Positions 46,644 through 55,884 of a stretch of DNA of 64,000 nt are shown here, one piece after another. Both the position numbers and the translations under genes were made by a program. Where the stretch lies: positions 813 through 64,812 of the forward strand of contig CALKIV010000002.1 of the NCBI GenBank assembly GCA_937995835.1. The letters run 5' to 3'. Source of the stretch: an uncultured Dysgonomonas sp. GTDB lineage: Bacteria; Bacteroidota; Bacteroidia; Bacteroidales; Dysgonomonadaceae. The notes below the pieces were generated by a model. It was not told the DNA's origin, searched no databases, and saw nothing but the letters and a program-made list of their open reading frames with translations. The first letter of the stretch is position 1; each line of letters opens with the position of its first letter.

Positions 46644-46704
46644 ACAAATTCTTGAACGCTCAAAGACTCTATTTCAATTTTACCACCTTTTCGTATTGAT
46701 CTAG

Positions 46705-47751
46705 CTATTTCGCTTTTCCTTTTTCTGTCGACAACATGCCACAAGCTGCTGAAATATCCTCACCTCGAGAGGTGCGAATAGTGGCAGTAATATGTCTTTT
46801 ATTGAGATAATCTCTAAAGGCTTCCATCGTTCTTTGATCAGATGTTCTCAATTCCACATTCGGAATCTGGTGAAAACGAATAAGATTAACTCTACAATCC
46901 AGACCTTTAATCATATTCACGAGTAGTTCTGCATGGCGAAACGTATCGTTAAAGCCTGCAAACATGATATATTCGAAAGACAAACGGCGCTGTTTGCTCC
47001 AGTCATACTCTCTCAATAGGTCTACAACTTCCTGAATGGAATAGGCCTTTTCGATAGGCATTATCGATTTTCGCTGCTCAGGGTCAGCGCTATGAATACT
47101 GATGGCTAAATGAGCATCACTTTCCTCCAGAAAGAGTGCTAAATTTGGCAAGACTCCAGTCGTAGATACTGTGATCCGTTTGGGACTCCATGCCATACCG
47201 TAGTCAGCAGTAATGATTTCTAATGCTTTTTTCACAGCATCGTAGTTATCCAATGGTTCTCCCATCCCCATAAAAACGACGTTGGTCAAAGCATCGGATT
47301 CGGCAATGGAATACATCTGATTTAGAATATCTGTTGTGGTCAAATTTCCAAGAAAGCCCTGCTTACCTGTCATACAGAAATGACAGTTTAGCTTACAGCC
47401 CACCTGAGAAGACACACAGAGCGTCACTCGTTCTTTGTCAGGAATCATTACAGACTCTATCAGCTTTCCTTCTGCTGTCTTGAACAGATATTTCACTGTT
47501 CCATCTTTCGAGGTTTGGTTCTCAGCAGGTGCATAACGCCCAACCTCGTATGCTTCCGAAAGTTTTTCTCTATTGGCTAATGAAATATTCGTCATCTCGT
47601 CAATAGAAGTTGCTTTCTTTTTATAAACCCAATCTGCTATTTGTTTCGCTGCAAACTTGGGCAATTTGCATATAGAAACAACTTGCTGGAGCTCGTCCAT
47701 AGACATGCCCAGCAAGTATTTCTTTGAAATTATATTTTCCGAATTATCCAT
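46705..47751 (-). CDS. rlmN: 23S rRNA/tRNA (adenine-C2)-methyltransferase RlmN (radical SAM)
   Basis: Radical-SAM motif CKLNCHFCMTG, plus GMGEPL and a C-terminal catalytic Cys region (ISAACGML). Confidence 0.9.
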   Translation of the reverse strand: MDNSENIISKKYLLGMSMDELQQVVSICKLPKFAAKQIADWVYKKKATSIDEMTNISLANREKLSEAYEVGRYAPAENQTSKDGTVKYLFKTAEGKLIESVMIPDKERVTLCVSSQVGCKLNCHFCMTGKQGFLGNLTTTDILNQMYSIAESDALTNVVFMGMGEPLDNYDAVKKALEIITADYGMAWSPKRITVSTTGVLPNLALFLEESDAHLAISIHSADPEQRKSIMPIEKAYSIQEVVDLLREYDWSKQRRLSFEYIMFAGFNDTFRHAELLVNMIKGLDCRVNLIRFHQIPNVELRTSDQRTMEAFRDYLNKRHITATIRTSRGEDISAACGMLSTEKGKAK

Positions 47752-47789
47752 TCAGTATTTTTACGTTTCTGTCTTTTACCGAAAGTCAA

Positions 47790-48326
47790 TCAACCTTCTG
47801 TCGACACTTCACAAACCTTGTAATCTTTATCCATATACAGCACAAGCATATCGTCTCTGAATCCTTTGTCGTAGTCTCGCCCAAAGGCATAGTCAAGAAC
47901 GAGGAAATCATCATCACCTTCTGCATATACTCCAACTCTCACTAGTCGAAGCAATGACAGAAATCGCTCTTGCTTGCTTTTACTGTTATCTGTATTTTGA
48001 ATAAAAACTTCCAATTCTTCGGCTGTGAAGATTTGGTCGAAGATATCTTGATCCCATTCGTTGATATATCTCTTGGTTTCCCCTTCGGCTTCAAAATCTT
48101 GTGCAAGAAAATCCGAGCCCAGTTGGCTGATCTTTTCCAGATCATTCAAAACTTGACTAACTTTTTTGATGTTAGTATCATTTATTTGTTGGAAGTTTAC
48201 ATCTATATCAACAAGAAGTTCTCCAAACTCATATTCTGATAAACTCCCCAAGTACTGATACTCCCAGTCTGTCTGTTCAAGCTTGACTTTACCAAACAAT
48301 GGCAATGTGATTTCTTTTACAGCCAT
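47790..48326 (-). CDS. Hypothetical acidic cytoplasmic protein (possibly DUF2004-like)
   Basis: 178 aa with no TM helix or signal peptide. It starts 2 nt after the pgi stop. I did not recognise any catalytic motif. Confidence 0.45.
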   Translation of the reverse strand: MAVKEITLPLFGKVKLEQTDWEYQYLGSLSEYEFGELLVDIDVNFQQINDTNIKKVSQVLNDLEKISQLGSDFLAQDFEAEGETKRYINEWDQDIFDQIFTAEELEVFIQNTDNSKSKQERFLSLLRLVRVGVYAEGDDDFLVLDYAFGRDYDKGFRDDMLVLYMDKDYKVCEVSTEG

Positions 48327-48328
48327 TG

Positions 48329-49675
48329 TTACAGACGTTTCTTTATTTCTTCTGATTGTTTTTCATAACCCGGTTTTTCTAACAAAGCAAACATATTAGC
48401 CTTGTAAGCTTCTACACCCGGTTGGTCAAATGGATTTACTCCAAGAAGATATCCACTGATTCCACAAGCTTTTTCGAAGAAATAGATTAACTGTCCAAGA
48501 TAATATTCATTCAACTTAGGCAACTCTACTTTCAAGTTTGGCACTCCACCATCTACGTGAGCCAATTGAGTTCCTAGTTCAGCCATTTTGTTCACATAAT
48601 CAATATGTTTACCTGCAAGGAAATTCAATCCATCAAGATTATCTTTATCAGTTGGCACTAAAAAAGCATGATTAGGAGCTTTTACCGAAATCACAGTTTC
48701 GAAGATAGAGCGTTCACCTTCTTGAATCCATTGTCCCATAGAGTGAAGGTCAGCAGTGAAGTCTACAGCTGCATTGAAAATTCCTTTGTGGTCTTTTCCT
48801 TCGCTTTCTCCGTATAGCTGTTTCCACCATTCAGCTACAAAGTGCATTTTTGGATGGAAGTTTGCTAAAATTTCTATTTTCTTACCTTTCTTATACAGCT
48901 CGTTTCTTACAATGGCATATTGCTCTGCTATATTTTTTTCAAGTGGAACACTTGGTGCTGTATCTTTTTCCATTTCCACTGCTCCTGCAACTAGTTGACG
49001 AATGTCTACGCCAGCAACAGCTATTGGAAGCAATCCCACAGGAGTCAATACAGAGTAACGACCACCTACATTGTCTGGAATAACATATTTCTTATATCCT
49101 TCGTTTGTTGCCAATGTAAAGAGTGCACCTCTAGCAGCATCTGTGATAGCTACAATACGTTTCTTAGCTTCTTCTTTGCCTACTTTACCTTCTAGTTCAG
49201 CTTTTAGGATACGAAAAGCAAGTGCAGGCTCTGTTGTAGTTCCTGATTTAGAGATATTGATCAGTCCAAAAGACTTATCTTTTAAGAAATCAAGAAGTTC
49301 TACGATATAATCTTCTCCAATATTGTTTCCTGCGTATAACACTACTGGATTTTTTCGTTCTTTTTGCAACCAGTCAAACGAGTTTGACACAGCTTCGATT
49401 ACAGCTCTAGCACCTAAATAGCTACCTCCAATACCAATAAACACAACAACTTCACACTTTTCTCTTAGCGATTTTGCTGTTGCTTCAATATCTGCCAACT
49501 GAGCAGAGGTGATAGATGAAGGCAAGTTCACCCAACCTAGAAAATCATTTCCTTTGCCAGTACCGTCATGCAATGCTTTATTACATTGTTTCGCCTTTTC
49601 AGCTTGAGCATTGATAGCTGCTTGATCTACAAAACCAAGGGCTTTACTATAGTCTAGTTTAATGTTATTTTCCAT
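48329..49675 (-). CDS. pgi: Glucose-6-phosphate isomerase
   Basis: 448 aa with the SIS motifs [15 protein letters not shown] and ESEGK. Confidence 0.9.
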   Translation of the reverse strand: MENNIKLDYSKALGFVDQAAINAQAEKAKQCNKALHDGTGKGNDFLGWVNLPSSITSAQLADIEATAKSLREKCEVVVFIGIGGSYLGARAVIEAVSNSFDWLQKERKNPVVLYAGNNIGEDYIVELLDFLKDKSFGLINISKSGTTTEPALAFRILKAELEGKVGKEEAKKRIVAITDAARGALFTLATNEGYKKYVIPDNVGGRYSVLTPVGLLPIAVAGVDIRQLVAGAVEMEKDTAPSVPLEKNIAEQYAIVRNELYKKGKKIEILANFHPKMHFVAEWWKQLYGESEGKDHKGIFNAAVDFTADLHSMGQWIQEGERSIFETVISVKAPNHAFLVPTDKDNLDGLNFLAGKHIDYVNKMAELGTQLAHVDGGVPNLKVELPKLNEYYLGQLIYFFEKACGISGYLLGVNPFDQPGVEAYKANMFALLEKPGYEKQSEEIKKRL

Positions 49676-49774
49676 ATCAGTATACTATAATTAATTAATC
49701 GTTTATACTTAATCTTTTTATTTGCAAAACTTTATTTATTGTCAGGAATAATTTATTTATTAGATCCTAAGACA

Positions 49775-50776
49775 TTATCTCAAAACCTGTTCTCTCAAAA
49801 CTTTAATTTCTTGGCGAGCTGTACAATTTTCATACAACACACGATACACCATATCTACAATAGGTATCTCTACATTGTATTTTTCGTTCATCTCTTTGAT
49901 ACACTTCGTTCCGAAATAACCTTCTGCAATCATCTGCATCTCCATTTGAGCAGCTTTTACAGAATATCCTTTACCGATCATCGAACCGAATGTTCTATTT
50001 CTGCTAAAGCCTGAATAGGCTGTAACAAGCAAATCTCCAAGATATTCAGAGTCTTTGATATTTCTTTTCTCTGGAGATACGGTATTTACAAAATGCTCCA
50101 TCTCACTGATGGCATTGGAAATCAGCACAGCTTGAAAATTGTCTCCATATTTCAATCCGTGACATATTCCTGAAGCAATAGCGTATACATTTTTCAGCAC
50201 TGCTGCAACTTCTATACCTACCACATCAGTAGAGGCCGATGCTTTGATAAATCTGTTGGTGAAAAGCTTCGCCAACTGATCAGCTTTCGTTCTATCTTCG
50301 CAAGCAATGGTAGGATAAGTCAGTTTTTCAAGAGCTATTTCTTCTGCATGACAAGGTCCTCCTACAATCGCAATATTGTTAGGACTAACATCATATTCTT
50401 CCATTACGTAGTCTGTTACCAACAAGTTTTCAGGAGGAATAATTCCCTTGATTGCCGACAGGATAAACTTATCTTTCAGCCCTTCTTTTCCTAATCTTTC
50501 TAAATGTCCTTTGAGAAAAGGTGAAGGAATGGCAATAATAAGCGTATCGGATTTCTTTACGACCTCAACGATATCTGAATAAAAGGTTATTCTATCTACA
50601 TTGAAATCCACATTCGTCAAATATGAAGGATTTCGTCCTAACTTCTGAAATTCTTCTATCTGCTCTGGACGACGCATATACCAATTGATATGCTTCTCGT
50701 GAAGCAACATAATTTTGGCTAAAGCCGTAGCCCATGTGCCGCCACCTAAAATTGCTATCTGACCTGGAAATTTCAT
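49775..50776 (-). CDS. gpsA: NAD(P)H-dependent glycerol-3-phosphate dehydrogenase
   Basis: Rossmann N-terminus IAILGGGTWATALA, a GpsA-like body, 333 aa. Confidence 0.85.
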   Translation of the reverse strand: MKFPGQIAILGGGTWATALAKIMLLHEKHINWYMRRPEQIEEFQKLGRNPSYLTNVDFNVDRITFYSDIVEVVKKSDTLIIAIPSPFLKGHLERLGKEGLKDKFILSAIKGIIPPENLLVTDYVMEEYDVSPNNIAIVGGPCHAEEIALEKLTYPTIACEDRTKADQLAKLFTNRFIKASASTDVVGIEVAAVLKNVYAIASGICHGLKYGDNFQAVLISNAISEMEHFVNTVSPEKRNIKDSEYLGDLLVTAYSGFSRNRTFGSMIGKGYSVKAAQMEMQMIAEGYFGTKCIKEMNEKYNVEIPIVDMVYRVLYENCTARQEIKVLREQVLR

Positions 50777-50790
50777 TTGTTTCTTATATT

Positions 50791-50832
50791 AAAAAGACAA
50801 AAAGCTCAGCCCAATTACTTAGGTGAGCTTTT
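50791..50832 (-). terminator. Hairpin terminator after lysS
   Basis: 9-bp perfect stem AAAAGCTCA/TGAGCTTTT followed on the minus strand by TTGTCTTTTT. Confidence 0.5.
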
Positions 50833-50836
50833 CCCT

Positions 50837-52564
50837 TTAGTTTAATTTTGCAATCCAGCCTTCGATATCTGTTACCGATGGTAGTTCGAGATTTAGTTTG
50901 TGCTTTTTATTCACATTCCCCAAATCTTGTCTTATTTTTTGAGCATTGCCTCCTTTAAATTGTTCTACCAAAAGGTATCCTGCTTTTTGAATCACAGGCA
51001 CTAGGCTTTCTTCAATTCCTAGTTCTACATATTTTGCAGGAGCATCTTTCTTAGCCACCTTTTCAGGGCGCATTTGAGGGAAGAACAACACTTCTTGAAT
51101 GGTGGTCTGACCAGTCAGCAACATCACCAATCTGTCCATTCCGATACCCATTCCTGCTGTTGGAGGCATTCCATATTCAAGGGCTCTAACAAAGTCCCTG
51201 TCGATAAACATCGCTTCATCATCACCTTTTTCCGAAAGCTTCATTTGCTCTTCGAAGCGGTGCAATTGATCGATAGGGTCGTTCAACTCAGAGTATGCAT
51301 TACATAACTCCTTCCCATTCACCATCAATTCGAAACGTTCAGTCAACTCAGGGTTGCTTCTATGACGTTTGGTCAATGGAGACATTTCGATAGGATAATC
51401 AGTGATAAATGTTGGTTGAATGTAATTTCCTTCACACTTTTCTCCAAAAATTTCATCTATCAATTTCCCTTTTCCCATGCTAGGTTCATGTTCTACACCC
51501 ACTTTGTCGCAAACCTCACGCAATTGAGCTTCGTTCATGCCGGTGATATCAATTCCTGTAAAGTCCTTGATCGACTGTATCATGGTCACACGTTTGAATG
51601 GAGCTTTGAAATTGATAGTCTTCCCACCTACTTCAAATTCTGTTTTACCCAACACTTCTAATGCGATGTGTTCCAACATATTTTCAGTAAACTCCATCAT
51701 CCAGTTGTAGTCTTTGTATGCTACATAAATTTCCATTACGGTAAATTCTGGATTATGGGTTCTATCCATTCCTTCGTTTCTGAAGTTTCTCGAGAACTCG
51801 TAAACACCATCAAAACCTCCTACAACCAAGCGCTTAAGGTATAGTTCATTGGCAATACGAAGATACATTGGGATGTCCAACGTGTTGTGATGCGTCACAA
51901 ACGGACGAGCAGCAGCTCCTCCAGGTATGCTTTGCAACACCGGCGTATCCACCTCCAAATATCCTTGCTTGTTAAAATATTCACGCATAGCATTGAATAT
52001 TTTTGTACGCTTGATGAAGGTATCTTTTACTCCTTCGTTTACCACCAAATCTACATAACGTTGACGATATCTCATTTCAGGATCAGTCAACCCATCAAAA
52101 GTTTGCCCGTCCTTTTCTTTTACAACAGGTAGTGGTTTCAGAGCTTTTGCCAAAACGGTCAACTCTTCAACATGTACGGAGATTTCACCCATTTGAGTTC
52201 TGAACACAAATCCTTTTACTCCGACAAAGTCACCAATATCTAATATCTTTTTGAATACTGTATTGTACATCTCCTTATCCTCAGTAGGACAAAGATCGTC
52301 ACGAGTGATATAAGTTTGGATGCGTCCCTTTGCATCCTGAAGTTCCATAAAAGAAGCTTTCCCCATGACACGGCGTCCCATCACACGTCCGGCGATAGTC
52401 ACATAGCGTTTCTCGTCATCGTCCTTAAACTTAGCTTTTATGTCGTCAGTATATGCATTTACATCATACAATGCAGCTGGATATGGCTCTATCCCTAGAG
52501 CACGCAACTCGTCTAAACTTTTACGACGGATGATTTCCTGTTCACTCAAATCTAAAAAATCCAT
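50837..52564 (-). CDS. lysS: Lysine--tRNA ligase (class II) with a C-terminal extension
   Basis: OB-fold N-domain, a class II core (FRNEGMDRTHNPEFT, GMGIGMDRL), the canonical end FFPQMRPE, then 74 additional residues. Confidence 0.95.
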   Translation of the reverse strand: MDFLDLSEQEIIRRKSLDELRALGIEPYPAALYDVNAYTDDIKAKFKDDDEKRYVTIAGRVMGRRVMGKASFMELQDAKGRIQTYITRDDLCPTEDKEMYNTVFKKILDIGDFVGVKGFVFRTQMGEISVHVEELTVLAKALKPLPVVKEKDGQTFDGLTDPEMRYRQRYVDLVVNEGVKDTFIKRTKIFNAMREYFNKQGYLEVDTPVLQSIPGGAAARPFVTHHNTLDIPMYLRIANELYLKRLVVGGFDGVYEFSRNFRNEGMDRTHNPEFTVMEIYVAYKDYNWMMEFTENMLEHIALEVLGKTEFEVGGKTINFKAPFKRVTMIQSIKDFTGIDITGMNEAQLREVCDKVGVEHEPSMGKGKLIDEIFGEKCEGNYIQPTFITDYPIEMSPLTKRHRSNPELTERFELMVNGKELCNAYSELNDPIDQLHRFEEQMKLSEKGDDEAMFIDRDFVRALEYGMPPTAGMGIGMDRLVMLLTGQTTIQEVLFFPQMRPEKVAKKDAPAKYVELGIEESLVPVIQKAGYLLVEQFKGGNAQKIRQDLGNVNKKHKLNLELPSVTDIEGWIAKLN

Positions 52565-52642
52565 TCTTTCCAGTTAAATATTTTAATTTTCGAAGCTCTA
52601 TTATTAGAGTTTCCTCGAAAGCTTCTTTATCAAATCAACCTA

Positions 52643-52650
52643 CAAATCTA
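52643..52650 (-). promoter_or_regulatory. -7 promoter motif TAGATTTG upstream of lysS
   Basis: Exact TAnnTTTG on the minus strand, about 79 nt before the lysS ATG. Confidence 0.35.
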
Positions 52651-52937
52651 CTAAATATAATTTCAATGTAGATTTATTTAGGCAATAAATACCTCCTCTT
52701 CGAATTCAATTTTCATATCTTTAGCATTTAGAAGACGATTTGGGACATCCTAAAAACAAGCTACTTTTACAAGGAGTGCAATATTCACCTTCTCTCGAAA
52801 AGAAGACATCAGCCTCTCTCAACCCCAGACAGCTTCTAGCAGAGAGAGACCACAGCCCATCCGTTAAGTGTTCATTATTTTCATCAGCCAACACAATTAC
52901 AGAACTACTCTGATTCTATTCTAAAAATAGTTTTTTG

Positions 52938-52945
52938 TATCTTTG
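52938..52945 (+). promoter_or_regulatory. -7 promoter motif TATCTTTG upstream of the MATE-tldD-pmbA unit
   Basis: Exact TAnnTTTG 133 nt before the MATE ATG. Confidence 0.4.
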
Positions 52946-53077
52946 CAAATCGAATTTGACAAAGGAGAACATCCTTTTCTCCTAAAACCCATTCTGAACA
53001 TATTGAACAGAATCAAGAGATACCTGTTTTAAAGATATTGCAGAAGTAACTACTAAAACTACTATAGAGCTTAAAAT

Positions 53078-54460
53078 ATGACAAAAGTAGCTAGCATACA
53101 TGACTTAGAAAACAAAAAAATGAGTTCGCTCATTTGGCAATACGCCTTACCGGCAATCGTAGGCACATCGGTAAATGCCCTTTATAATATCATCGACCGA
53201 TATTTTATCGGGAATGCGAATGACTTGGGCGATGATGCCATGACTGCCATAGGAATAGCACTGCCCGTGATGACAATTATTACAGCCATAGGCATGCTAG
53301 TAGGTGCCGGATCAGCCAGTAGAATTTCTATCTTCATGGGACAAGGAGATAAGAAAAGTGCCGAAAAAATCTTGGGCAATGCACTCCTTCTACAAGCAAC
53401 AATAAGCATAACAGTGTCAGCCCTTTTGATTATCTTTCTAGACCCCATCCTCACAAAGTTAGGGGCTAAGGGACAAATATTTGACTACACCCATGAATTT
53501 TTAATTTTCCTTCTTCCGGGGAGTATTCTATCTACGATATGTTTCGGCTTCAACAATATGATGCGTGCTTCCGGTCATCCTGAGAAAGCCATGTACACCA
53601 TGCTTCTAACAGTGATGATCAATATTGCTCTTGCTCCTCTTTTTATTTATGTTTTCAAGTGGGGAATGATGGGAGCTGCCCTTGCCACAGTGATTGCGAT
53701 GTTTGTGGGGGCATGTTTCGTGCTCTATCACTTTTTGAATCACACCAGCAATATTCGATTGAAACGTGAAAACATCAAATTCGACTCTCAAATAGTGAAA
53801 GCCATCCTTAGCATTGGGATGTCTCCTTTCCTCATACAACTTGTTGCCAGCTCTGTAGCATTTGTCATCATCCACCAGCTACAAAGCTATGGGGACAAAA
53901 CTCAAGTTGCCGCCTACACCATCATGAACACCCTTGTAATGCTTATCATCATGGTGATCACCGGACTAACACAAGGTATGCAACCCATCGTTGGATACAA
54001 CTTTGGAGCAAGAAAAATGAACCGTGTGAAAGAAGCCTTGATCTACACCATCAAAGTGGGGATAGCCTTCGGAACTGTTGGGCTAATCATTGGAGTTTTT
54101 ATTCCCGATCTGATTGTCAGACCTTTCAATCCTAAAGAGAACCTTGCCATTGCGGCTTCTGAAGCTTTGAAGATTACTACAATCATGCTTCCTCTGGTAG
54201 GTTTCCAGATTGTAGTCACCAGTTTTTTCCAAAGTTTAGGGATGGTGAAGAAGTCCATCTTTCTTAGCTTATCCAGACAGCTTTTATTCTTTATTCCCAG
54301 CTTATTGATCTTGCCTCATTTCTGGAACATAGAAGGTGTGTGGTATGCATTCCCTCTTTCCGACTTTTTGGCGACAGTAACCACCGGAATACTTTTTCTA
54401 TTGCAACTAAAAGCATTCAAAACAGAAGAAGAGAACAATTTAATCACTGAAATTAAATGA
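53078..54460 (+). CDS. MATE family efflux transporter
   Basis: 460 aa, 12 TM helices, N-terminus LIWQYALPAIVGTSVNALYNIIDRYFIG typical of MATE. Confidence 0.85.
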   Translation: MTKVASIHDLENKKMSSLIWQYALPAIVGTSVNALYNIIDRYFIGNANDLGDDAMTAIGIALPVMTIITAIGMLVGAGSASRISIFMGQGDKKSAEKILGNALLLQATISITVSALLIIFLDPILTKLGAKGQIFDYTHEFLIFLLPGSILSTICFGFNNMMRASGHPEKAMYTMLLTVMINIALAPLFIYVFKWGMMGAALATVIAMFVGACFVLYHFLNHTSNIRLKRENIKFDSQIVKAILSIGMSPFLIQLVASSVAFVIIHQLQSYGDKTQVAAYTIMNTLVMLIIMVITGLTQGMQPIVGYNFGARKMNRVKEALIYTIKVGIAFGTVGLIIGVFIPDLIVRPFNPKENLAIAASEALKITTIMLPLVGFQIVVTSFFQSLGMVKKSIFLSLSRQLLFFIPSLLILPHFWNIEGVWYAFPLSDFLATVTTGILFLLQLKAFKTEEENNLITEIK

Positions 54461-55881
54461 ATAACCAAAATACAGATGCTACCCTGAAACATTTTCAGGT
54501 TACTACAAGCGAGCTCCAACAGGTCATCGCCACAGCCATGAGTAAGGGAGCCGATTATGCCGATCTTTTTTTCGAGCATACGCTTTCCAATAGATTGACG
54601 CTCCAGGATGGAGAAGTCAACAGGGTGTCCTCAAACATAGACTATGGGGTTGGCATTCGTGCCGTCGTTGGAGATCAAACGGGATACGCTTTTGTGGAAA
54701 ACACCAATCTGGAAGACATGCTTCAAGCGGCAAAAACGGCTGCCAATATAGCGTCATCGGCCAAACAATTTCCACCTCTAAAAATAGACAGGCAAAGCTT
54801 TGCTAATCATTACAAAATAAAGCAACCGTGGATAGATGCAACTGTTGACAGTAAGAAGTATTTTTTACAAAATCTAAACAGTAAGATATTTTCTTTAGAT
54901 AAAAGAGCGACTAAATCTATCGCAGTATTAAACGATTCTTCTTCGCAGATTCTTTTTTTCAACTCAGTAGGCATCCTATGCTCTGATTATCAACCCATGT
55001 GCTTTATGTATGCACAATGCACTATGGAACAGAATGGACAAATAGAGACTGGCACATCTTCTCGTTCTTTTAGGATGGGCACTGAGTTTCTCACTGATGA
55101 GCTTGTAAACACTTTGGCAAAAGAGGCTGTAGCAAAAGCTTCTTTCATGTTCACAGCCACCAAACCAAAGGGTGGAGAAATGCCCGTAGTAATGGCATCA
55201 GGTGGCTCCGGGATATTACTTCATGAAGCGATAGGTCATGCTTTCGAAGCCGACTTTAATAGAAAAAACACATCAATATTCTCCGACAAACTTGGCAAAG
55301 AAATTTGTGCTAAAAACATCAACGTGGTAGACGATGGCACTGTCAATCAAGCTAGAGGAGCTATAAACTTTGACGATGAAGGCGTCGCTAGCCAGAAGAC
55401 CTATATTGTAAAAGACGGTATTCTGGAAAGCTATTTACATGACAGAATTAGTGCAAAACACTATGGAATAAATCCGACAGGAAATGGCAGACGAGAATCG
55501 TTCAGATGCATGCCTCTACCCCGCATGAGAGTTACATACATGGAGAATGGAGAAATGGACGAAAAAGACATTATTTCATCGGTGAAACAAGGCATTTTTG
55601 TGGATGACTTCACCAATGGACAAGTTCAGATCGGCGCTGGCGACTTTACGTTCTTCGTCAAGACTGGATATATGATAGAAAATGGACAACTAACCCAACC
55701 CATCAAAGACATCAATATCATCGGTAACGGACCACAGACGCTAACTGATATCAGCATGGTAGCCAACAACTTAAAACTAGACGAAGGAGTGGGCTCTTGT
55801 GGCAAATCAGGACAAAGTATTCCTGTGGGATATGGAATTCCAACCGTCTTGGTAAACAAATTAACAGTAGGAGGAGAGTAA
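54457..55881 (+). CDS. tldD: TldD family metalloprotease
   Basis: 474 aa with the HEAIGH zinc motif and a C-terminal GxC region (VGSCGKSGQ). It overlaps the MATE stop by 4 nt. Confidence 0.85.
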   Translation: MNNQNTDATLKHFQVTTSELQQVIATAMSKGADYADLFFEHTLSNRLTLQDGEVNRVSSNIDYGVGIRAVVGDQTGYAFVENTNLEDMLQAAKTAANIASSAKQFPPLKIDRQSFANHYKIKQPWIDATVDSKKYFLQNLNSKIFSLDKRATKSIAVLNDSSSQILFFNSVGILCSDYQPMCFMYAQCTMEQNGQIETGTSSRSFRMGTEFLTDELVNTLAKEAVAKASFMFTATKPKGGEMPVVMASGGSGILLHEAIGHAFEADFNRKNTSIFSDKLGKEICAKNINVVDDGTVNQARGAINFDDEGVASQKTYIVKDGILESYLHDRISAKHYGINPTGNGRRESFRCMPLPRMRVTYMENGEMDEKDIISSVKQGIFVDDFTNGQVQIGAGDFTFFVKTGYMIENGQLTQPIKDINIIGNGPQTLTDISMVANNLKLDEGVGSCGKSGQSIPVGYGIPTVLVNKLTVGGE

Positions 55882-55884
55882 AAA

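Noticed and set aside
52651-52937. Candidate housekeeping ncRNA (tmRNA, RNase P RNA, 6S, SRP RNA) in the large lysS/MATE intergenic region
   Set aside because: I found no tRNA-like ends or tag ORF, no RNase P conserved GGAAAGTCC-type core, and no SRP GGAA tetraloop helix. Only short ORFs of 6-19 codons are present. I kept the region as an unexplained item under findings.
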